Source: Octopus vulgaris (lineage: Eukaryota). From it: a stretch of DNA of 64,000 nt. Under the pieces are notes generated by a model that did no database searches, had not been told where the DNA came from, and worked only from the letters and a program-made list of their open reading frames with translations. A program made the translations under genes and the position numbers. Shown piece by piece: positions 1 through 12,424 of this stretch; within the stretch, counting starts at the first letter, position 1; every line of letters begins with the position of its first letter. The stretch covers positions 7,564,001 through 7,628,000 of the forward strand of contig OX597826.1 in assembly GCA_951406725.2 (NCBI GenBank). The letters are read 5' to 3'.

Positions 1-479
1 TGTCTCCGAGCAAAATCCCGCAGCAAATACCTTCCAAACTCTACACCGCAGAATATTAATAAAATATATTGTACAACTTTATTTTGATTTTATGACATTC
101 GGTACTTCGTGCACTCTCGGTATATATGTGTGTGTGGGTGGGGTGTGTTTGTGTAAATGACACCAATGGCAGGTGATATTTGGAAATTAAAAAAAAAAAT
201 TATGTACATTAGTACATTACAAAGTCATTTATCATATAGGAAGATATTGAGTAAATAAAGACATTTTCTTGGAAGAACATATTTTTGAAGATAGCGGAGT
301 ATGATAAATATTCAAAAAATAAAACATTGACACGAACAAAAAATATTTCTAAATACAAATCTGAACACAAATCACGTGTTTAAATACAAGAAATATAAAA
401 TATACAAGGATTTAATATTCACAACAATTATACAAGGTAATATTTATATTTGGTACAGTTGTCTATAAAAAAAATGATG

Positions 480-1450
480 AAAGCTCTAGTTTTGATTTTA
501 GGAAATGTTTACATTTCTTCACTATTCTTTATTAAAAGACGCAGTTTACAGCGATTAATATTCGAATGTTTAAATGCTGGTTGTATTTCCTGCTTGATTC
601 GTTGTTGCTCTGTGTCTGAGTTTTGGAAATTTTAGCAATTTTGAAGAATCAGTCCTGTATGTATTGCAGTGTATCCACTCGATAGAGTTTTTCTGCTTTT
701 CTAATAACTGATTCGCTCTTCATATATTGCCAATCTTAACAATCCGTCTTGTCGGCTGTAATTTGCCAGACATCCACATCATGTAATTATATAGATTAAA
801 GTTTGAGAGTTGGAAACAAAACGCTTTTATTTTTGAGATTTTCTATCCATAAACTTGAATGTAGATTTTTCAGGCAAGTATAAACATGTAGCAATGTTAT
901 GTTTTCCGCATTTTATAATAATGAAGCTAGAAATAAGTTTATAAACTATTTCTCTAGCAATCCTATTTCTAAACGGATTGAGTCGTCCAATGGATTTTTT
1001 TTTAATGGAAAAATGATTTCCAACACGTTTCCGGTTCTCAGGTCATTTTAATGTGGGTAAAGGTTTTTAGGGACCTTTTCGGCATTTTTAGAACTAATGC
1101 GGAATGCCTTGCAAACAACTTACACATGCAAGTGCTACCAGTCGAGAACTCCGCATACCGGAAGCCAGCAAGTGTATGGGCTCATCGGGAGAGAATGCGC
1201 GCCCTTTCAAGGCCTACCTCTCGATGGTATCAATGCGCACGCCCCCCTCACCAATATGAAACCCCACTTGCTAGATCAACGGGTTATTAAATAAAGTTCA
1301 ATATTTCTCTAGCCATCGCCCATCGTCTATTTTTAACCAAATCCAGTGGCTAGCCTTTTCCACTGTAATTTGGATATCGGTCATGGTGGTATTTACCATA
1401 CGATGAGTTAGGCCTACCGATACATGTATTGTATATTGAGCTTGTTAATT
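480..1450 (-). mobile_element. Degenerate Penelope-like retroelement fragment (linker plus GIY-YIG endonuclease region)
   Basis: Minus-strand translation of about 930-740 gives IKCGKHNIATCLYLPEKSTFKF...SNSQTLIYIIT*CGCLANYSRQ. This matches the Penelope Cys linker followed by the 'S.NLIY.ITC..C...YIGQT' motif, with stops. ERARILSR near 1200 resembles the thumb region. Outer limits are approximate. Confidence 0.65.
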
Positions 1451-1769
1451 TTCCGAGTTTCTCCACTGTAGAGCCTGTCATTTTATAAAGAGCTCGACAT
1501 GCCTTGCTTTGAAACTCATTATATTAATGCCGAATATATATGACAAAATATTTCCCGGATTTTATTTTGTTCCCCTTTGGTCTTGAATGTTTGTGATTTG
1601 AAAATCGTCTAATACGTCATCGTGATTCGTAGGATTCGAAACGATTGTATAAAATATATTTCTCTATATTAAATCGAATGTTCTTTCTTGTATACCTAGG
1701 AATATTCTATTCTATTCTATTCTTTTAATTGTTTAAATCACTTGATTCGGGCCTTCTGGAGTTTTATTG

Positions 1770-2231
1770 AAGAAATCGAGCCCAGGAATTATTATTTTCA
1801 AATTTTTAAGCCTCGTACTTATTTTACCGGTCTCTTCTACCGAAACGCTAATTTACGGGGACGCATGCGCACCATCACCGATTGTCAAATGATGGTGGTG
1901 GGGAACCCCAACACAAAGACTCACACATAAATGTACATGTGTGTGTGTGGAGGCACATGGCCTAGCGGTTAGAGTAACGGACCCGCAGTCGAAGGATCGC
2001 GGGTTCGAATCTCAGACCGGGCCATGTGTGTGTTTATGAGCAAAACACCTAAGCTCCACGCGGCTCCGGCAGAAGGTAATGGCGAAACTTCCGCTGACTC
2101 TTTCGCCACAACTTTCTCTCAATCTTTCCTCCTGCATCTTGCAGCTCACCTGAAACCTATACGCCAAGAAACCGGGAAATCGGCCTTTATGAGCCAGGCA
2201 TGGCTCGAGAAGGAACAAACAAACAACATAT

Positions 2232-2262
<31 letters not shown>

Positions 2263-2417
2263 ACGGATTTCTTTCAGTTTCCGTCTACTACATCCACTCA
2301 CAAGGTTTTGGTCGGCCTGAGGATATTGTAGAAAACACTTTCCCAAGTTAATAAGCGGTGGGTCTGAAATCAGAGTCATATGGTTAGGAAGCAAGATTCT
2401 TACCACACAGCCACGCT
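1770..2417 (-). mobile_element. SINE family A copy, split by an inserted SINE-B
   Basis: 1770-1930 and 2262-2417 match the two halves of the family A copies at 10317 and 60464. Confidence 0.75.
1949..2228 (+). mobile_element. tRNA-derived SINE family B
   Basis: A box TGGCCTAGCGG, B box GGTTCGAATCT and a (CAAA)n tail. Near-identical to copies at 14656, 45418 and 56809. Confidence 0.9.
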
Positions 2418-3319
2418 TCGCGAGATTATTGTAAATGTCGGTTTCAGCCATACAACCGTATTGCAGCGTAAAAATATAGAGAAATTGCTATTATTTCTGC
2501 GTGGGTTGCATCATAAATTTAATGATGCTATGATTTATGTAGTTAATCAGATTATTGAATATCATAATTGAATATCGATAACACAGTAAAGAATTCTAGT
2601 TTAAAAAATCTGGGAGGGTTGTTGAATATTGAACTCGTTGCTTGCAAAATTATACAAGGATAGATTAAAAAACACCTGAAATAAATTCGCTTTTTTCAAT
2701 TGTGTTAAAAGATAGACAAAAAGAAGAAGTTCTGTTGCTTCAACTTCAAGCACACCGGATATCTCACTCAATTTATGAGAAATCTAATAGGAAATGATCG
2801 ACTCTAGACCGGATTGTAATCCTGAAAACATTCGAGATCTAGATATTTAAACCATAAAGCGCTGGGGTTTGCATTTACATGGCATTAGACTGCTGAGCTC
2901 ATCTTATGAAAATGAGACAAAACAAAAAGTAGTTAAAATATATTCTTAGTATATAATGGTGGCAAATTTTACATCATCTGAAAAGTCATTGGTTTAACTA
3001 TTAGTCCTCTTGCATTCTGCGGGGTATCGAAGCGTTTGAGTGACGTTAGACCTCAATGGACCCCCATAGATTAAATGCATCTATATGGACCACATTCGTG
3101 GCATGTCGACCTGTACCTGACGGCAAAGATCACTTCCGGTTAGGTAACTGAAGAATCGAATAATTCTTCGATAATAATGATATTGTGAATTCGTAGTTGT
3201 ACACGCATATACATACATACGTATATACATTCACAGATGCATAATACCAATCTACCAGTTTAATTACAAGCATGCACATACCACGCACACATACAAACTC
3301 CTATCATTTCCTCTTTTTG

Positions 3320-3339
3320 TATGTATATATATATGTATA

Positions 3340-3424
<85 letters not shown>

Positions 3425-3475
3425 ATATATATATATATATATATTCATATATTTGTGTGTGAGTGTATATATATA

Positions 3476-3526
<51 letters not shown>

Positions 3527-3555
3527 TTTAGATATATGTATGTATACATATATAT
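3320..3555. repeat. (TA)n microsatellite
   Basis: Long TA runs seen directly. Representative of dozens of such tracts, e.g. 5945-5990, 7020-7240, 8725-8825, 19510-19740, 27183-27270, 27425-27495, 32500-32630, 33575-34020, 34420-34740, 35375-35640, 53400-53545, 54070-54375, 61325-61700. Confidence 0.95.
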
Positions 3556-3905
3556 AGGGAGAATTTACGAAAAGAACAAAAGACGAAGACAGGTGGTGTA
3601 CAAAACAAACAGATGTATTAGTATAATGCTCAGGAATAGAAAAGTCTTTTACGTTTCGAGCCTACGCTTTTTTACAGAAAGGGACACAGAAAAAACAAGG
3701 AAAGAAACAAGGAGAGAAAAAAATGTGTGTAGTGGCTAACGATCTATCATGCCGACTAGTGCCGGACAGAAGGGTCAAGCACAGGAAGGAAAGTAGGGGA
3801 GATAACAAGATAAAGATGACCCCCAACACAAAGGTGCGTGTGTGTATAAGAGAGTATGTATGTGCGTGTGAAAGAGGGCTGGGTTCTAGACGTGTGCGTA
3901 GTTGA
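3556..3905 (-). mobile_element. Repeat family D (Penelope pLTR-like) with a hammerhead-like motif
   Basis: 3556-3725 is the reverse complement of the copy at 16005-16175. It carries rc ...GCGTAGGCTCGAAACGTAAAAGAC. Confidence 0.6.
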
Positions 3906-4009
3906 TAAAAGAAACGGAAGATGGGTTTAGCACGAATCTTTAATTAGCACGACGATGGTTTCCACACATCCAGTATCTGTCCCATATGATATTAATTCAT
4001 TTCCATTAC

Positions 4010-4193
4010 ATCAATCAGTACAAGTTGTATCACTTCAGGTGCTTGGCATAGAACAATATCCCACTAGATATACTGAGATCTCCTTGGCATATCATTCTTG
4101 TGCGCATTACGTTGCCAAACAGATTTCAGTATATCTAGTGGGCTATTTTTTCTACACCAAGCACCTGAAGTGAAACAGCCTGCACCGACTGAT
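4010..4193. repeat. Long inverted repeat or fold-back (arms about 80 bp, spacer about 20 nt)
   Basis: TCACTTCAGGTGCTTGG pairs with CCAAGCACCTGAAGTGA, and CCCACTAGATATACTGA pairs with TCAGTATATCTAGTGGG. Confidence 0.92.
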
Positions 4194-4357
4194 ACGGTGC
4201 AAATAGATACGGTGGATAATCTCCACAAATTATAAACTCAACAAACACTGCAGATTTCCTGACGTAGATCCAGTGAAAATTATATCGTTTTTGTGGCCAA
4301 ACGGTGAATATGCTTTAATCGGCATATTACTAGACATATATCCAAAGTCTAAATAGT

Positions 4358-4361
<4 letters not shown>

Positions 4362-4391
<30 letters not shown>

Positions 4392-4535
4392 TGTATGTAT
4401 GTATGTATGTATGTATGTATGTATGTTTGTATTATGTATGTATGTATATATGTATGTATGTATGTATGTACGTATATATGTATGTATGTATTATGTATGT
4501 ATGTATGTATGTATGTATGCATGAATGTACGTATG
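4362..4535. repeat. (TATG)n microsatellite
   Basis: Seen directly. Similar tracts at 16870-16930, 18213-18320, 46120-46452 and 59958-60012. Confidence 0.95.
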
Positions 4536-5571
4536 CAGCCTGTTGTTTCATAAATTAAAACATTAGTTTGTGATATGAGTAAAAGATATTTATTTCAAAT
4601 ATCTGGTTGTCCAAAAACTTCACTGAAGCATTTCCACATTATCTTGAAGTAAATTAATTTGTTGTTATCTTGAATTTGTATATCATATGCAATTGAACAA
4701 GACTATGATGAAATATCCTCCACTCGTGACAATCTGGTCGCTGGTATACTTCAAAAGCTATCATTCCAAATGGTAGGTTAAGAGAAAATTGGCTGCAAAT
4801 TCTAGCAGTTGGAGAGATAATATGTCAGCTTTCAGTTGAACAAAATAATCTGCCAACGATAAATTCTCGCTATTCCTATCTCTTCCTCTGTCCAACATTT
4901 CCCATAACATATCTGCAGAGTAGGTGGTTGAACGACATACCAGTTTGTTCATTACCGTCTGGCCACTTTCGTAGACAAGATAACTTTCGTCTTGTTTATT
5001 TAGGGAGGTTGGAAAGAGAGTTAGTTTGGATTCTTTGTCAATTGCATGTATACATACCAACACAATTTGCGTGTGTGTGTATGCGTATGTGTGTGTGTGT
5101 GTGAAACTGTGTTTTTATTGCATATGTAATATTATATCAGTCTGTTTATTTTGTATGCTTTTCGAAATGTATATTGTAATATTATATTACTCTCATACAA
5201 GTGCATGAATATTAAATATTATATTTCATATTATCGTAATGACAACGATTTATTTGTTGTATATGGGGAGATAACACAGGTAAATATCAGTACTTATCTA
5301 TCGCTGAAAACAATTTTCTTAATATGCATGCAAAAAACTTTCATACTTCGAGATGATTCGTGTACATATATATGTAGATATGTATAAAAGTACACTCACA
5401 GAACGATATACCGTTATATTTGTTGGTTTTATGATTTATTAAAATATGCAGAAACGGTCTTAATAAGAAATTTATATTGTTTCCCATACCAAAATATACG
5501 CTTGTGCATTAATATGTACATTAATATTCATTTTAACACAGATACAGTCATACACATTTAATACCGAATGT

Positions 5572-5611
<40 letters not shown>

Positions 5612-5939
5612 TTAACATAAGTATATACCCATATTGATGTACGCATAATTGCTTCACACTCAATCTTGTAGACGAATGTATTATCCTCATATACTAATGT
5701 TTATAAGGAACATATAAAACTACAGAAGTTACAGCAGAAACATGTTTGTGTCCCTATATTCTCGTAGATACGTATTAACACACAAAACTTATACAAACAT
5801 GCATAATAGATAAAGTACAGTTTTTAAAAAAAAATACCTATTTTCCGCAACAGAAATGTATATTTAGAACTACTAGATATTAGCTTTTTTGTGACCTTTT
5901 TGGGTGCCAAGATATACATAACTATATGTATGTTCATGC

Positions 5940-5994
<55 letters not shown>

Positions 5995-7012
5995 AATAGT
6001 CAACACGCTTAATAAATATCTGATGTGCTCAAGTGAGGCAATATTATATTAGAAAGGCTATATCTTATACTTAATTTATATGCCCAGTTGACAAGACATT
6101 AAAAAGGCTCAAATTCATTTGGCAATCTCGCTAGGCTCTGCCGTAGATATTTTTGCCATCCTTCGATATATATATTGTCTTTCTAAAAAAAGAGCACGTT
6201 TGTAAAAGGTATTAATTAGAACAAGCAAAAAGGTGAGTAACCTGCCCTTAGAAAAGAACTTCACCTGAAACCATAACTGTTCACGAAACGATAGGGAGCT
6301 GTTTTTTCAAGAATAATTCGTTGTTAAGTAGTTTTGCTTTAGATTTTGTTTCTCTGTTGAGCTTAGAACTTCACATGTTCAAGCACCCAATATGACCCTT
6401 ATGAATAATTATAAAGAATGCGGGGTCTAAATCTACAATGAACTGGTGTAGGGTATTCTTGGGTGTACATCGAAGAGTTTTTAGTTGTCCATTGTGTGAA
6501 GCGTAGAAGTAAGCAAATGAATAGGAAAATATTTTTCTCATATCTACATATTTACATTATGAAGTGTATATACGCGAAATGTATTCGTCACAGAAAAAAT
6601 AATAATTTCACTTAAGGCGGAGATTATGACAGGCAAAAAAGATTTTAAAATGCATATGAGATTTTGGAAATAATGAAAGAAGAAAACAAGTAAAGAAGAA
6701 ACAAACAAAATCACGATAAGTGTATTAGAAATTTGATGTCCAAAGTGGGAAATACATTTCACCGCTGAAGTATTTGATACAGCCATATTGGAATAGAGAG
6801 AATGAGAGAGAGAGAGAGAGAGAGAAACAGAGAGAGATAGACAGAGAAAGAGAGACAGAGAGAGAGAGATTCAGAAGGAAAGAGAGATATGCATATCAGC
6901 TGATATACAATTTGCCCACGCACCGACACACATACATGCATATTCGAATATACATATATACATATAGGCAACTATACGTAACTATAAGTATATATACAGA
7001 TAATTATGTTTG

Positions 7013-7050
<38 letters not shown>

Positions 7051-7124
7051 AAGATATAAATATACACACATAAATATACATATATATATTTAAGTACATA
7101 TACATACATATATATATATATATC

Positions 7125-7158
<34 letters not shown>

Positions 7159-7176
7159 AACATATATATCTTATCT

Positions 7177-7242
<66 letters not shown>

Positions 7243-7595
7243 ACATGTACGCGTGGAAATATGTATGTATGTGTACATGTGTGGATGCACACACCTCCTG
7301 TATTCCTTCCCTGAAGAAATATGCTCACGCAGGTATATCTAAGTATACGAGTATCTAAATATACTGATACGTATACGCACATACACGCACATCCACCCCT
7401 CACACCCCCACACACATATCAGTGCGTGTGCGTGTGTGAATATGCATATACATGTACATATATTGTATGAACAGTTAAAATATAAAAATTATGGAAATAT
7501 ATGTAATATTTTTCTTTATATGTTATCTACATTTCTTATAAGTCTCTTAGTGCTTACTAAGTGTTTGGCTTCTGCAGTCGCCTTGGAGGATACCA

Positions 7596-7790
7596 TACAC
7601 GCACACACACACACAAACACACACACACACAGACATACACACACAAACACACACACACACAGACATACACACACACAAACACACAAACACACACACACAC
7701 AGACTTACACACACAAACACACACACACACACAGACATACACACACAAACACACACACACAGACATACATATATATATACACACACACAC
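7596..7790. repeat. CA-rich compound repeat with a unit of about 28 bp (ACACACAAACACACACACACAGACATAC)
   Basis: The unit recurs about 5 times with variation. Confidence 0.8.
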
Positions 7791-7805
7791 GTATGAATAC
7801 ATATA

Positions 7806-7849
<44 letters not shown>

Positions 7850-7921
7850 CTTATATATATATATCTGTATGTTTGTATGCATGCATATATATATGTACAC
7901 GTGTGCATATATATATACGTA

Positions 7922-7964
<43 letters not shown>

Positions 7965-8724
7965 GTATACAAATATGTATGCATGTATAAAAGAATATAA
8001 ATATATATGTACATGCATATATATGTATATATACGTATAAATGTGTGTATGTATATAACCTTGGTTATTTATTTTCTGTAACGTTTGCATATATACCTTC
8101 TGGCAAGGATTAGGATTAGGATTTAATCTCCCAAACTGTTGTTTTCTACAACTCATCATAAATGAACTATGTTTCAAAATGTTTTCATATATATATTTTG
8201 TTTTTTTCTTTTCGCTTCTTTTCAGAATGATTTTGCTTTTTAAGAACACTGCCGTTGAAAAAGTAGTGGTCTTCAGCAAACGTATACCACTATCTTCCCT
8301 ATGTACATCGTATGACTTTCAATAAGTATATGACATTGAAATCACTGCCAAGGACTTTAGACATGTCTGTGTTTAAGACGTGTTTCAGTTTGCTCTCATG
8401 GACAGATTTCAGATCATTTACTTCACGTGTATTACTGGTTGTTTAAGTGGTTATTGCATCACTTCTACGTTATTTCATAATCACGTCGCACAGTGGTCAG
8501 TGTATTCTCACCCCGAAAGACATACATAAATATATACATGTCTAAATATGTCCATACACGTAAACATTCATACATATGTTTAACTATCTATCTATGTCTA
8601 TCTATTTGATATATACCTGCCTATCTACACATACATGCCAGCATACATACGCTCACACACAAACGCACATACACATATGTGCATATATATGTAAAAATAT
8701 ATATCTATATGTTCATATATATAC

Positions 8725-8826
<102 letters not shown>

Positions 8827-8897
8827 GAGTGTGTATGTGAGTATACGAGTGAGGGGACACACGAAAGAAGAGCAGTCACAAAACTGATTAGGAGTTG

Positions 8898-9066
8898 TAT
8901 GGATGAACGCAGTGTGATTTAAATTCGTTGGTACTCCAAGTTTCAAGTGTGATGCTAGTCTTCAACCGTTTCGAATTTGAATTTCAAATTCAAAATTGTA
9001 GAAGATTAGCATCACACTTGAAATTGTAAGTACCAGGGAATTTGAATCAAACTGTTTTGATACATA
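8898..9066. repeat. Imperfect palindrome with no spacer (arms about 84 bp), probably a fold-back MITE
   Basis: Centre GAATTTGAA-T-TTCAAATTC (8973-8991). TTTCAAGTGTGATGCTA pairs with TAGCATCACACTTGAAA. TA at both ends. Confidence 0.9.
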
Positions 9067-9651
9067 TGTGTATGTGTTTATCTATGTCTGTGTATTGCGT
9101 ATGTTTGTTTGTTTGTGTGTGTATGTGTGTGTGTGTGTGTGTGTGTGTCTTCATTGACAGATTATGAAGAAGGAATATTTGATTCAAACGAAATCGCAGA
9201 TATTACACCTGAGTTTTAATATTAGACAGATAGTAAGTCAATCTTAATGGCAGTGGCTGCATCATGCATCTCTATACAACTTGACACACGGTGGAAACGC
9301 TGCTGTCTAAACCAGCAAACCTACGAAGCCGACTTGATAAGGAGTATGGGTTTTGTTTAACACTCTGCAAGACGTGAAACAGAACTTGTCAAGAGACAGA
9401 CGAACTTCGAGTCGATGCAAGAGTTATGTGCGAGAGACCCCCTAGACTTTCTTTAAACGCACACACGCATACATACATATATACATATATGCATGTATAT
9501 ACATCCCGCAGTCACTTTCCTACCTGTCATCCCACCCATTTTCACAGTTTATCTACATTTGTGTCTCTCTATTCTCCGCTGCAAAATATTGTCCTTTTAT
9601 GTATGAATCTGATACGCCGACCCTCTTTCAGGATAAAATCAAATATTTTCA

Positions 9652-9845
9652 TTTAATTGTTTCAGTCAACTGACTGCGACCATACTGGAGCACCACTTTT
9701 AGTCGAGCAAATCAACCCCAGGACTTATTCTTTGTAAGCCGAGTACTTATTTTATCGCTCTCTCTTGCCGAACCAATAAGTGACGGGGACGTAAACACAC
9801 CAGCATCGGTTGTCAAACGATGTCGGGGAAACAAACACACACACA

Positions 9846-9885
<40 letters not shown>

Positions 9886-10067
9886 CACATATATATGTAT
9901 ACGGCGAGCTTCTTTCAGTTTCCGCCTACCACATCCACTCACAAGGCTTTGGTCGACCCGAGGTTATAGTAGAAGACACTTGCTCAAGGTGTCACGCAGT
10001 AGGACTGAACGTGGAACCATGTGGTTGGTAAGTAAGCTACTTACCACACAGCCATACCTGCGCTTAT
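9652..10067 (-). mobile_element. SINE family A
   Basis: Full-length match to the other A copies, with an internal (CA)n tract and the tRNA-like head at the right end. Confidence 0.9.
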
Positions 10068-10134
10068 GGATATAAATTTGATATCAACGAAAGAGAGATT
10101 CAGTGAGGACAACGCCATTTAATAATTACTTTGC

Positions 10135-10295
10135 AGGGGTGTTGCACTTATTCTCATAAGATCGCGGTTTCGATTTCGGAACCCAGCGATGCATTGTTTT
10201 CTTCAGGAAAACACTTCACTTTATGCTGCTCCAGTCCACTCAGTTGCCCATGATAAGTATTACTGCGATGGACTAGCGTTGCATCTAGAGGTGAA
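10135..10295 (+). mobile_element. SINE family E, degenerate
   Basis: B-box-like GGTTTCGATTTC, and TGCTCCAGTCCACTCAG shared with the 58803 copy. Confidence 0.7.
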
Positions 10296-10316
10296 TATAT
10301 ATATATATATATATAT

Positions 10317-10513
10317 GTACTCTTTTACTCTTTTACTTGTTTCAGTAATTTGACTGCGGCCATGCTGGAGCACTGCCTTTTAGCCGAGCAAATCGACCCC
10401 GGGACTTATTCTATCGGTCTCTTTTGCCGAACCGCTAGGTGACGGGGACGTAAACACACCAGCATCGGTTGTCAAGTAATGCTAGGGGGACAAACACAGA
10501 CACACAAACACAT

Positions 10514-10558
<45 letters not shown>

Positions 10559-10727
10559 TACGACAGGCTTCTTTCAGTTTCCGTCTACCAAATCCACTCA
10601 CAAGGCATTGGTCGACCCGGGGCTATAGCAGAAGACACTTGCCCAAGATGCTACGCAGTGGGACTGAACCTGGAACCATGTGGTTGGTTAGCAAGCTACT
10701 TACCACACAGCCACTCCTGCGCCTATA
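10317..10727 (-). mobile_element. SINE family A
   Basis: rc head GGCGCAGGAGTGGCTGTGTGGTAAG...GGTTCAGTCCC, internal (TA)n, and (AAAAGAGT)n tail. Confidence 0.92.
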
Positions 10728-10735
10728 TGTTCGTA

Positions 10736-11103
10736 CAGGGTGATTCAAAAGTCGCCATACATAGGAACAATTTATGTTTTTATACGAAACAGTTTATATG
10801 GACAGTACTTTTTATTTAACAAGCTCTATATGGTTACCATTGTTTTGAATAAACATTGCAACGCATTTACCCCACTCATTGTGGACTCGTAATAGCACAT
10901 CTGGTGATACGTCTGCAAAGGAGTTTGTGATGCGTTCCTTCAAATTATTTATGCCTTGTATCTTTCCGCGATACACCATGCCTTTCAAATGCCCCCAAAG
11001 ATAGAAATCCAGAGGGATCAGATGAGGGTATCTAGAGGATCTTATAAACTGTCTTATAGAAAAATAAATTTTCCCCATGTATGTAGACTTTTGAATCACC
11101 CTG
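10736..11103 (-). mobile_element. Internally deleted Tc1/mariner-superfamily element (MITE) retaining the transposase C-terminus
   Basis: TIRs CAGGGTGATTCAAAAGTC and GACTTTTGAATCACCCTG, flanked by TA. The minus frame reads RYPHLIPLDFYLWGHLKGMVY...NNGNHIE, matching the 'RSPDL.PLDF.LWG.LK..VY' motif. Confidence 0.92.
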
Positions 11104-11107
11104 TATG

Positions 11108-11208
<101 letters not shown>

Positions 11209-11214
11209 CAGAAA

Positions 11215-11749
11215 CTAGGAACTGAGAGGCCGTCCATATGAGCATACGAGCAAAACGTCCCCCCTCCCGTCCAATGGATGGTGCTGAGTGGTCAAACATT
11301 TAAACCAAATTTTCTCAAAACAACTTCTCCCCTTTGAAAAACACTGATTTAACCTAAATTTGAGACACCAGAAAAAGAAGAAATAAAGATAGACTTTTTT
11401 CCTATTCCAAAGAAAAATGATTTTATTCACACAAATATGCAACCGAAGTGTTTAAAGTACCAGTGATGATAAGGCTGTTGACTGGGAGAACACAAACATG
11501 GTTTAAACAGTAAGCTTGGCAGTAAAGAAACGTGCAGTACAAAGCAGTACAAAAACAACAAAAAATGGAAGGTGATGCAGTAATGTACAGATTGACGGAA
11601 GAAAACAAGACAAAAACGGCTTTCTTGATCGCACTCTCACCTGGAATCGTCGGTATCTACATATCAAATTTGAGCGCAATCGGGTGGAGGATGCCCGAGA
11701 TCCTAGAAGACACACAGACAGACAGACAAAACGGATTTTATATAATAGA
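11215..11749 (-). mobile_element. Non-autonomous Helitron-like element
   Basis: The minus strand begins A|TCTATTATATAAAA, followed by (TCTG)n, and ends CTAG|T, with no TSD. A partial second copy lies at 32632-32800. Confidence 0.75.
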
Positions 11750-11762
11750 TATGACTCGGGAA

Positions 11763-12424
11763 GAAGGCGGCGAGCTGGCAGGAACGTTAGCACGCCGGGC
11801 GAAATGATTAGCGGTATTTCGTCTGCCGCTACGTTCTGAGTTCAAATTCCGCCGAGGTCGACTTTGCGTTTCATCCTTTCGGGGTCGATTAAATAAGTAC
11901 CAGTTATGCACTGGGGTCGATGTAGTCGACTTAATACCTATGTCTGTCCTTGTTTGTCCCTTCTGTGCTTAGCCCCTTGTGGGTAATAAAGAAATAGTTA
12001 TTTCGTATGCCGATACGTTTAAATTCCGCCGAGGTCGACTTTGCCTTTCATCCTTTCGGGGTCGATTAAATAAGTACCTATTTCTTTACTGCCCACAAGG
12101 GGCTAAACACACAGAGGACAAACAAGGACAGACAAACGGATTAAGTCGATTACATCGATCCCAGTGCGTAACTGGTACTTACTTAATCGACCCCGACAGG
12201 ATGAAAGGCAAAGTCGACCTCGGTGGAATTTGAACTCAGAACGTAGCGGCAGACGAAATACCGCTAAGCATTTCGCCCTGCGTGTTAACGTTTCTGCCAG
12301 CTCACCACCTTCGATTAAATAAGTACCAGTTGCGCACTAGCGTCGATATAATCTACTTAATCCGTTTGTATGTCCGTGTTTGTCCCCTCTGTGTTTAGCC
12401 CCTTGTGGGTAGTAAAGAAATGGG
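11763..12424 (+). mobile_element. Dimeric SINE family C, interrupted by an antisense C copy
   Basis: Head GGCGGCGAGCTGGCAG, B box GTTCAAATTCC, and central TTTCATCCTTTCGGGGTCGAT domain. Outer TSD TATGACTCGGG at 11750-11760 and 12425-12435. Confidence 0.9.
12079..12310 (-). mobile_element. SINE family C, nested in antisense
   Basis: Complete reverse copy flanked by the 17-bp direct repeat TCGATTAAATAAGTACC (12062-12078 and 12311-12327). Confidence 0.92.

Noticed and set aside
4761-5063. 100-aa complex ORF on the minus strand
   Set aside because: No recognisable domain or convincing splice sites, and it starts at a microsatellite edge.
8196-8325. Strong splice acceptor at 8225 followed by a 32-codon frame
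   Set aside because: No homology, and the segment resembles a decayed TIR of the 46871 MITE family (CTGCCGTT with nearby TTAGGA repeats).
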